Below, piece by piece: positions 36,671-46,548 of a DNA stretch of 46,548 nucleotides; position 1 is the first letter of the stretch; every line of letters begins with the position of its first letter. The notes below the pieces were generated by a model that had not been told where the DNA came from, made no database searches, and saw nothing but the letters and a program-made list of their open reading frames with translations. Both the position numbers and the translations under genes were made by a program. The DNA lies in assembly GCF_004010195.1 (NCBI RefSeq), contig NC_057719.1:47516331-47562878 (forward strand), read 5' to 3'. This DNA comes from Chiloscyllium plagiosum (taxonomy: Eukaryota).

Positions 36671-38943
36671 CAGACAACAAGGAAATCTAGTAATCGCTGA
36701 TCTTTGAAGAGCTGGCTAAATAAAAGCAGTCTTCCATGGAGGAAGATCTTTTTTGAGAAAGAGGAACATCACTTTCAGCTGAGAGCACTGCAGCATCAGA
36801 CTCAATAAGCCAGACAGTGCTGATTGATTTGTTTTGAAAAATAGCTCAAGAAACCTAATGCTCGGGCTCTCTAAGATATTCGATATGAAACCTTCCAAAA
36901 TTGACACGTCTGAATTTGATCATAAATCAGCTCTAAATTACAAATCCTGCTTTCAGGAAACAAAAGAATGCTTCTTTGCAGATTTAAACACTTTTTGGAA
37001 AGTGTTGGAGGCTTGCCCCTAGGAAGGCTTGTTTAGAAACCTGGTGCCTCATGTTTTTTTTCCCCACTTAAATCACTTGTGTTGTGGAATTAAGTTGTAT
37101 TTTTACCGGCATCAATTGTAATACATTGGGAATTTTAATGCCAAGAGATGTGGCTTTTAATAAGTTTTGGGCTGTGAAAAATGTGCGAATGAATTTCACA
37201 GGTTGCTGGACAGGTGGCTTTTCTGTTCTTCTGTTTTAATATGCCAGTTTCTATTACGAAGTTGTTCGAGGCTGTTGGCAAATTTCCACTAGTGAAGGCC
37301 ATAACTCCTTAACTATTGTTTCCATAATACATGGGTTTAGTAGTTCTGGTTCTGGCACTTTGATAATTGATTATCTTGATGTTGATAGTGGGTGATGATC
37401 TATCTTGGCTTTTGAGCGATGTCTGGGTTGTTCTCCAGCATTTGCTTCTTAGTTGGTTCCAAATCTAAATTGCTGTGTTCAATTAGCTTGGGATTAAAAA
37501 TTGACTTTTTAAATCTACACTAGGCAAATCCACACTGATTTCCCTTTTTTTTCTGTAGTTTTCACAGGTACTGTTTTTTAATATTGTATATTATGTTCTC
37601 TCCTTCCATCAAGTCAGGGTGGGATTCCCCCATTACCATCTGTCCCATGCCTTCTGAGACACTACTGCATCCTAATGGCTGTCTACCTTCACTACATTCT
37701 CTAGTGACACTTTTAAATGAAGCATCACCCTGATTTTCTGCTTGCTGTTTTGGGAACTTTCCTTGACCTATTTAAATCTTTGAAGAAGGCTTTTGCTAGT
37801 GTTGCCTCTGATGCATTCTCTTTGTCTTCTGTTTTGAATTCTACTTCTTTATTTTCCACTGCATCTATCTCAGTCTCTTTAAATTCCATTGACTATCTTT
37901 TAGACTCCTCCTTTCATCTTTACTGGACCAGTTGCCTTCTGAGAGATTTTTTGGGATTCCTTCAGCTCACTGTAGTAATGCAAAATTTTTTTTATTCTTG
38001 AACTTTTCCATACTCCATGACTGCACTGGGCATTCTGCAAACTGTATTTTGTGCTTCCTGTCAGATCATTGTAATAAGTTGCCCCTGCTGCGTTGCGAAG
38101 TTTAGTGTATGATCTCAGCTGTCACTACAGTGGTGGTTAATCTTTAACTGCGGGAACTGTCAAGCATTTGTAAAATATCGTACTTGCAAATACCTTGATA
38201 TTTGTTCTGATGTCAGGTGACATCTCTAATCTTTTGCTACAGGTAGTGTTCAAAAGCAGCTGCTACCCAGTTATCTCTATTTTCTTTCCCCCTCATGTCT
38301 GGGATGCAAAAGGAGACATTTTCCTTTTGTGTAGAAAAAAAAGGTTCTTGTAGTACCAGCTACATTGGAACAGATTTACAGCTTTCATGGCTGCAGACAC
38401 TGTTGTAACTGCAGTGCTCCACTGGTTTTCTTTTGCCAGACTGCTGTTACATGCCCAGGTTTTCCTTACTGAAAAGACACTGGGCATGTCCCTGCTGATT
38501 TACTAACCAGGTTTGTTCTTTCAAAAATTAGATTTTTATCTGTTTTTCCTCCTTTTTCTCTCAATTTAATTTCTGCTTCATCTATATTCACCCTGTCTCT
38601 CCCTAGCATGTATGAATTATTCAATCCAAGTTTGTTTTTACTGAAAGGCTTTTGTGTTAATTCATAGTCACCTGCTATGAGGCCTTTAATGATTCAGCCA
38701 ACAATGAAAACAGAGCGGGTACTTTATCCCCAGGTTCAAAAGTTTGGAATTTATTCTTTTGATTTTTCATTGACTTTTGGGAAAACTTTAAGATGTACCC
38801 AAGTTACTGGCATGTTTATGGCAGTCTTTTGTGAAACTTGGGCACCAAGTCTAAAAGAGAAATTTCCAACTTAGCAAAATGTGTAGGTTTTTGTTATTAT
38901 CCCTTCTATACATATTTATACATTGTGTATACAAGCATACCAG

Positions 38944-39443
38944 NNNNNNNNNNNNNNNNNNNNNNNNNNNNNNNNNNNNNNNNNNNNNNNNNNNNNNNNN
39001 NNNNNNNNNNNNNNNNNNNNNNNNNNNNNNNNNNNNNNNNNNNNNNNNNNNNNNNNNNNNNNNNNNNNNNNNNNNNNNNNNNNNNNNNNNNNNNNNNNNN
39101 NNNNNNNNNNNNNNNNNNNNNNNNNNNNNNNNNNNNNNNNNNNNNNNNNNNNNNNNNNNNNNNNNNNNNNNNNNNNNNNNNNNNNNNNNNNNNNNNNNNN
39201 NNNNNNNNNNNNNNNNNNNNNNNNNNNNNNNNNNNNNNNNNNNNNNNNNNNNNNNNNNNNNNNNNNNNNNNNNNNNNNNNNNNNNNNNNNNNNNNNNNNN
39301 NNNNNNNNNNNNNNNNNNNNNNNNNNNNNNNNNNNNNNNNNNNNNNNNNNNNNNNNNNNNNNNNNNNNNNNNNNNNNNNNNNNNNNNNNNNNNNNNNNNN
39401 NNNNNNNNNNNNNNNNNNNNNNNNNNNNNNNNNNNNNNNNNNN
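38944..39443. other. Assembly gap (500 N)
   Basis: Run of N ending about 107 bp upstream of a SAM exon. Confidence 1.
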
Positions 39444-39550
39444 CAAAAGTAATATTTTACTAGACGTGGACCATGTCATTTATATGATCAAATGTTTAAA
39501 ATTGCCATGATGAAATAGATATTTGAGGCCTTTGTTTGTTCTTGCTGCAG

Positions 39551-39637
39551 CATGTTACCAAAGGTGCAAGACACAAAATTGTCCTCAGCATACAAAAGCT
39601 GAAGGAGAGACAGAATGTGCTCAGATCATTGGAAAAG
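39551..39637 (+). CDS. SAMD4A: SAMD4A coding exon, C-terminal part of the SAM domain; 87 nt, phase 0-0
   Basis: tgcAG acceptor and GTaaga donor. Encodes [29 protein letters not shown] (Smaug TKGARHK motif). Confidence 0.97.
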
Positions 39638-40819
39638 GTAAGAAATATGCAGATATGTGTGACTGTTCTTCTATGTATTTATCTTGGCCATTTATCTTGG
39701 CAATCACCTCAGTGCTGAAACATTCAACATTCTCGTCTTTGCACTGGCAATGCTTCCATCTAATGTAGACTAATTTTCTGTTGTATGCATCCCAAATCGT
39801 ATTTTATTGTGTTCAAGATTGTCTAAGACTAACTGCTACTTTGCTCAAAAAATTTAGTTTTCTTCAATTTTTTTTTTATTTATTCATGGCATGTGGGCAT
39901 CTTTGGCTAGGCCTGCATTTATTACCCATCCCAACTGCCCCAGAGGACTGATAAGAGTCAACCAAATTGCTGTGGGTTTGAAGTAACATGTAGGCCAGAC
40001 CCAGTAAGGACAGCAGTTTCCTTCCCTAAAGGATATTCCTGAGCCTGACTTTTTTTTTCTAACTGTGAACAACAGCTTCGAGGTTATTATCAGACCCTTA
40101 ATTCCAGACTTGTCAAAGGTGTATGCCTTTTGATTTAGTTCCAAAACTACAGCATTGGCCAATAATGACATCGACCATTTGATATTTATTTGTAACCATT
40201 AAAAGATTGCTCCTAAGATGCAATATTTCAACCTAGTTCATATTTTGTATCAAATTATGGAACATTTTTCCACGGCACAATCCCAGAACATTATCTGGAT
40301 CTCTGGGTTAATAGTCTAGCAATAATGTCTCTAGGCCATCAGGAATGTTTTCCATTATATGTATTTTCATTAGATGTACATATATTTTCAACTATTAAAC
40401 TAAGTTTAAAATTTGTCAGAACAGTTTAATAGTGGTAATTTCTGTAAATGCTATTAATAGATGTTGGTAAGCAGTTCTTGTTCAAATTATCGATGTCTAT
40501 CACACCACAGGCTGAACTCTTCTTATTAACTTGCTTTTTGTATGTATTGTTACCACCAAACTCCAGACAAAGTTCCTCAAATAATTGTGATTTTTTTTAA
40601 AATGTGCACTGTCAAGAGTTAAAGCTCACCTCTTTGGAGTGTCACACTTGCAGATATCAGAGTTCCTCTCCAGACAGTCACTGGATTTAGGATCACTTTG
40701 TCATTTTGGGTCCATTACCTTTTCTTTAAAAAAAGTTGGAATTTTAATGGTTTGATTGTATACTTGGGTGATACAATCCAGTATTACAAGAATTTCTCCT
40801 AAACTGATCCCAGTAGTTC

Positions 40820-43180
40820 CCATTTGCTGGCTTGGCTAGGCTAGTATTTATTTCCCTTGAGATAGTGGTGGACAGCCGCCTTAAACTGCGACAATCATTT
40901 GAATTAGGCACATCCACAATGCTGTTAGGAAGGGACAGCTGAACTTTTGATCCCATGACACTGAAGGAACAGCTGTATATTTGCAATTTGCAAATCCCTT
41001 GCAACTTGCCTACTGGTGCAACAGGTCCATGGCAGATGCCATCTCCCTAGCCCTACACTCATCCCTGGAACATCTGAATAATAAGAATACCTATGTCAGG
41101 CTTCTACTTATTGACTACAGCTCTACCTTCACCATTATAATCCAAACTAATCTCCAAACTGTAAGACTTCGGTCTCTACTCTGCACTCTGCATCTGGATC
41201 CTCAATTTCCTTACCCGCAGACTGCAATCTGTGAAAGAATCATCAATGCTGATGCCCCACAAGGGTGTTTACTCAGCCCCTTACTGTATTTCCTGTATAC
41301 TCATGATTGTGGCCAAATTCATTAAACTGCACCTACAAATTTGCTGACTACACCACTGTTGCAGGCCAGGTATCAAACAATCGTGAGATAGAATAAAGGA
41401 GAGAGTGAGTGAGTTCTTGGTGGTGTGGCATAAAGATAACCATCTCTCCCTTAAAGTCAGGAAAACTAAAGAGCTGATCATCAACTTCAGGAAGCAAGGA
41501 GGTCGGCATGCCCTTACCTGCATCCACGGAGCTGAAGTGAAAATGGTCAAGAGCATCAAGTACTTTGGAGTGACAATCACCAATAATCTGTACTGGACCA
41601 TCCATGTTGATGTGAAGTCAAGAAGGCACAACAATGCCTCCTCTTCCTCAGGAGGCTAAGGGAATTCAGCATGTCTATAAGGACTCAATGACTTTTGTTG
41701 ATGCACCATAGAAAACATTTTATGTGGATGCATTGCAGCTCGGTACGGCTCCTGCTCTGCCCAAGACTGTTATTAAAAAGAACTACAGAGAGCTGTGAAC
41801 ACAAGCCAGTCCATCACAGAAGCTAGCCTTCCATCCATCGACTCAATCTACACTTCCCGCTGTCTCAGAAAGGCAGCAAACATCATCAAAGACCCCTCCC
41901 ACTCCAGTTATAATCTCTTTCAAACTCTTCCAACAGGCAGAAGATGCAAAAGCTTAAACACACGTACCAACAGGTTCAAGGACAGCTTCCCTGCTGTTAT
42001 TAGACTTCTGAATGGACCCCTCACATTCCAAATCTAATGTTGATCTTGCTTTTTGCACCTTCTTTGCTGTCCTAACTGTCTATTCCTCACTGTTCAATCA
42101 TCCTATGATCTTTGTATGGTATGGTCTGTCTGTACTACACGCAAAACAAAATATTTCACTGTACCAAGGTATGTGTGACAGTAATAAATCAAATCAAATA
42201 TTTTCACGTCAGGATGGTGAGTGGTTTGGAGGGGAGTTTTGAAGGTGAAGGTGTTCGCATGTATCTGCTCTCCTCGTCCTTCTAACTAGTGGATCATTTT
42301 GTTTAGAAAGTGCTGTCTATGGAACCTTGGTGAACCTCTGCAGTACACCTTGTAGATTGTACACACTGCTGTCACTGTACATTGGAAGTGGAGGCACTGA
42401 ATATATGATAGTGTGCTGCCAAAAAAGCAGGTTTCATTGTCTTGGAGATTGTCAAGCATCTCAAGTGTTGGAGCTGTACTTATCAAGGTATTTGTGTTGT
42501 ACTCTATCACAATCCTCATGTGACTTCTAGATGGTGGGCATGTTTGGGGAATTGCTTGTTACAGGTTTCTGAACCCCAACTTGCCTTCACATTTGCTGTA
42601 TTTGTATGACCAATCCAGTTCAGTTTCTGGACAATGTCAAGGGGTATGGTTAGATTCTTCCTTGGTGTATATGGTCATTGCCTGGCAAGTGTGGAATATA
42701 AATGTCATTTCCCATTTATCAATCCTAGTCTAAATCTTGCTGCGTTTGGACATGGATAGCGTCAATATCTGAGGAGTCGCAGATGGTGCTAAACATTGTG
42801 TAATCATCGCCCCCAAACACCCCCACGTCTGACCTTTATGATAGAGGAAGGTCTTTGATGAAGCAGATGAAGACTGTCAAGCCTAGGACACTACCCTGAG
42901 GAACTCCTGCAGGGACACCTGGAACTGAGATGACTGACTTCCAACAACCACAACCATCTCTTGATAGCACTATTGATGACTTCCTTCCATGACTTTGCTG
43001 TGGTTTGACCGTAAACTGATGGAGTGGTTATTGGTAGGATTGTATACCTCCTGTTTATTGTGAACAAGACAGACCCAGACAATTTTCCACATTGTCAGGT
43101 AGATGCTAGTGTTGTAACTATGCTGCAGAAGGTTGTCTAGGCACATGGCAAGTTCTGGAGCAGGACTTCAGTGTTATTTG
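40820..43180 (-). mobile_element. Old antisense non-LTR retrotransposon (L2/CR1 group), split by a Rex1 insertion; related relics at about 20060-20760 and 27360-27950
   Basis: Reverse complement of 42790-42920 gives [24 protein letters not shown]. The sequence is continuous across 40982/42204. Confidence 0.7.
40983..42199 (+). mobile_element. Rex1/Babar-like LINE, 5'-truncated and degenerate
   Basis: PLQLAY..NRSMADAISLALH..YVRLLLIDYSS, PQGCLLSPLLY, KTKELIINFRK and KAANIIKDPSH; (aaatc)n tail; possible atattt TSD. Confidence 0.88.
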
Positions 43181-43189
43181 AGATCATAG

Positions 43190-44720
43190 GTGTGCTAAAC
43201 ATTGATGATGAGATATTATTAGAAAGGCTAGCTGTACTTAAATTTGTACAGATCAGGATCAGATTGGAGGTATCTGAATCCGTTGAGGGAATGAAGAACT
43301 TAGCGTTGGTTGTAATCTTCGTCGTCCTTGTGTGGAGATAGTGTCAGATGACTGGAGAATTATAAATGTTGCATTCTTGATCAATAAAGGGTGCAAAATG
43401 ACACCACAATTACTGGAGAATCAGTTTACCCTGGTGGTAGAAATGTGTTTTTTTTTACCATCAGGTTTTTTTTAAATCTGTGGAAGTTATGATAAACCTA
43501 AATAAAGCACTAAATTGGCCTCTGCTGAGTACAGTTCCTTGTACGACTTTTAGCAAGAACGTGAAGGCACTGAATAGGATGCAGGAAAGATTTAGAAAAT
43601 CGTTCTCGGGCTAAGTAACTCCAATTATATCAAGAGATTGGAGAAGCTGGGCCTGAGTGATTTCCTTTTGACAACAGAAGGTTTGGAAAAAAGGGTGATC
43701 AAGAGAATTTAGACAATAGATGGGAAAACCTTCCCGTTGGCTCAAAGGTCCCAAGTCTCCAAAGGTGGCATGAAGAAAAACAGTTTTGTGCAATGAGAAT
43801 TGTAATCCACTGCTTGAGGTTATTATAAAGACAGATTCAATCAAAGCCTTCAAAAGAATATTAAACAATTATCTAGAAAAACAATTTAAAGGGCATTAAG
43901 TGGGAATATAGGGCTACGTGAGTTTGAGAGCCAGCACAGTCACAACAGGCGAATGATTTCCTCCTCTGTTGCAACCCTTCTATGATTGAGACCTGGACAA
44001 TGGTAGATTAATCCATTTAAAGCTGGCATGTTAAAGGCTAATCATTTTTCACTATTATCTCATCAAAAATTTAGTTGTTAGAGACTTCTAAAAGCTCACT
44101 TCCACAAAATTGGTTCCTCAGCAAAATTGAGACGCATTGAATAAATGGAACTGTGACTGCATGGATACCAAGTGGCTGAGTGACAGAAAGCCAGGAGTAG
44201 TGCTATATGGTTGTTTTTGGATTGGCAGAAAACAGGTGTTTTCCAGTACTCTTTTTATTGATTTTTATATTAACTTGGATTAGGATGCAAAGGACACATT
44301 TTTAAAACTTGCAGATGACACAAAAGTTTGAACATGGTCAATTGGACAAAGGAGATATAAGGTTTGTGGAATGGATAGACAAATGGTAGATCAAATTTAA
44401 TGCAGAAACGTGGAGTTAGACATTTTAGTATGTAGAATGAACATGCATGAAACTGAGGGTGCAATTCTAAAGGGTTGCAAGATGCAAGAAACCTGAAGGC
44501 ATACATGCACAAATTGAAGGGTTGTGAAAATGGTTGTAAAGACTTATGGACTCTGGACAAAAGCAAGGATATTGTGATGAGCCTTTACAGATTACTGCTA
44601 AGTCCTCAGCTGGAACACTTTCGAGAGGATATCAGAACAGTAGAGGGTGCAAAGATTAGTTACAGGAATGATTCTAGGGAAGAGAGATTCAAGCTACTTT
44701 AGATTGGTGAATGAGGTGAT
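43190..44720 (+). mobile_element. Two highly degenerate CR1 fragments (about 43190-43990 and 44080-44720)
   Basis: Residual DDWRIINV, aaacttgcagatgacacaaaa (KLADDTK) and SLYRLLLSPQLEH motifs. Confidence 0.6.
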
Positions 44721-44834
44721 TCTCCTAAAGACCATGGCCTTGAACCTCTGTATTGACTTTATTCCATTTCTTCTCAAAATATGGGCGTTGTTGACCAGGG
44801 TGATATTTACTGCCTGTAGCTAATTACACTCTTA

Positions 44835-45085
44835 AAAACGAAAAACTGCGGATACTGCAGGTCTGAAACAAAAAATCAGGAATTCCTTGAGAAACAAAGC
44901 AGGTCTGGTATCTGTGAAATGAAAGCACAGTCAACTTTTCACCATGTTCAGAACTTCAGTGGTTCTACAGAGTTCACTGGACTGGAAAGGTTGACTGTTT
45001 GTTTTCTCTAGGTAAAAACATTGACTGCAGATTTGTTTTCTCTGACAGATGCTGCCAGAGTTTCTCCACCAATTTCAGTTTCTTT
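44835..45085. mobile_element. Old degenerate palindromic PLE mini-element carrying a 22-nt nested insertion
   Basis: Arms agcaggtctgg..atctgtg / cagatgctgccaga. Insert aggtaaaaacattgactgcaga (45010-45031) lies between 12-bp repeats tttgttttctct. Confidence 0.6.
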
Positions 45086-45869
45086 TAGTTGTTCAATCAT
45101 GGTATGCAAGGCAGGATGTTTATGCAAATAGTTAATTTGCTGAATAGGTGGACTCCCTTGTTTTGCACAGTGCTAAGCTCTTGCCTGTTACTGAAGCTCC
45201 AAGATGAGTTTCCTTCACATTCCTCAATTGTGCATGTGTGTTTTGAAGAGGGTTGTCAAAATTTGGATGTCGACCCTTCTCAGCCTCTGGTCTGCTGTCA
45301 TCTATCACATTGAGAATTTGCATAGGAATGCAGGTTTCTGAATTGGGCTGTTCATGGAAACTGCCCTTACTTGCGAATACAAGGTTTAAAATACTGACCT
45401 GAAAAACTAACAGCTCACTTGCCCTATCTACTACCCCATCCCTACAATTTGTTTCAATCAACTGTTGCTGGATGGAATTGTTTGATCCCAATACTGTGAT
45501 AACTTGCAAAATAAAGAAAGTTATTTAAATTCAGCTGGTCAGATAATAACTCCTCATTATTGTAAATAAATTAATTGGAAAAGGTAACTGTCTTACAATG
45601 TTACAAGTGACCTATGCAATTTTTTACTTTAGGCTAGAAAGTACTTCTGCTATCTACTGTTAAGTATCTACTGTTTAGTACACTGAATTGAATGATGGAG
45701 TGAAAACACATCTGAAATATCCAAACTTTTCACTAATATCTGGATAAAAGGAAATAAAGTGCTCATTTAACAAAAGTTTTAGTGAATAATCTCCAGCAAT
45801 GTATTATATATTTCAATAAGTTTGTATACATTTGAATGGTATATTGATATTTTTCATTCTATTGTACAG

Positions 45870-46173
45870 GACATTCTTGAAGGTGGTAATCTGCGTAATG
45901 CACTCCAGGAGCTGCACCAAATGATTCTTACCCCTATCAAAGCTTACAATTTCTCTCATACCCAAAACTCTAGTGAACAAAACCAAGACTTGAATTCTCA
46001 GTCCTCTTTAATGAATTCAGACAACACCTTGGGAAGTGGACTACCTGATGCGAAGGATTCTGCTGCTGGGGGCATTCAGCAACAAAATGTGACAGGGTGT
46101 GAGGGTGAGTCGGGAGGTGCTACTGTTCCAGAAGGAGATCTGCCTGGACAGTTTACAAGAGTCATGGGCAAAG
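45870..46173 (+). CDS. SAMD4A: SAMD4A coding exon following the SAM domain (PHAT-like region); 304 nt, phase 0-1
   Basis: tacAG acceptor and GTaggc donor. Encodes DILEGGNLRNALQELHQMILTPIKAY...PEGDLPGQFTRVMGK; both ends match vertebrate Smaug proteins. Confidence 0.96.
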
Positions 46174-46321
46174 GTAGGCCTCTTTTTTGCAATGTCACAA
46201 TTTATCATTGTATGTTTTTACTTGGGTGATAAAGGTAAATCAATGGTTCATTGGAATCCAAAATAAAAGTGCATATTGGGGTTTTGGTGCCATTTCAGCT
46301 AACATTTTTTTGAGACTTTTG

Positions 46322-46548
46322 TTAGCAAGGTTAGATCTGGTGGAATGCAGGGAGAACTAGCCATTTGGATACAGAACTGGCTCAAAAGACAGAGGGCAGT
46401 GGTGGGGGGTTGTTTTCAGACTGGAGGCCTGTGACCAGTGGAGTGCCACAAGGATCGGTGCTGGGTCCTCTACTTTTTGTCATTTACATAAATGATTTGG
46501 ATGCGAGCATAAGAGGTACAGTTAGTAAGTTTGCAGATGACACCAAAA
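46322..46548 (+). mobile_element. CR1/HER1-like RT fragment running off the window end
   Basis: [42 protein letters not shown]. Confidence 0.93.

Noticed and set aside
38838..39510. Four ORFs of 187-204 aa
   Set aside because: Mostly N; assembly gap artefacts.
1145..46173. Smaug recognition elements (CNGG stem-loops) for autoregulation
   Set aside because: No convincing stem-loop found by eye, and the motif is too short to call without folding and conservation analysis.
1..46548. CRISPR arrays, operons or other prokaryotic systems
   Set aside because: No regularly spaced repeats; the sequence is a vertebrate intron/exon locus.

Overview
Eukaryotic genomic DNA, almost certainly from a shark: it carries HE1-type V-SINEs, CR1/HER1-like LINEs and shark-type Penelope ends. 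The window is the interior of a + strand SAMD4A (Smaug1) gene. Four coding exons (1145-1408, 26537-26646, 39551-39637, 45870-46173) splice in frame and cover the pre-SAM linker, the SAM domain and the start of the PHAT-like region. The long introns are full of transposon debris: two near-identical young CR1 copies, many older CR1s, SINEs, a Rex1/Babar LINE, Tigger/pogo and Harbinger transposase relics, and about ten Penelope-like element (PLE) pieces. The most notable structure is a set of short, TSD-flanked, often fold-back PLE-derived insertions from at least four sequence families. They carry minimal type I hammerhead ribozyme cores with a loop-less palindromic helix III (ACGU or AGCU). One of them is a perfect 94-bp inverted repeat (9618-9809) with a consensus-matching hammerhead core on each strand. 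Most of these mini-elements start or fold back at the hammerhead. There are two assembly gaps (6934-7735, 38944-39443). Family names and repeat boundaries come from visual recognition, not database searches.
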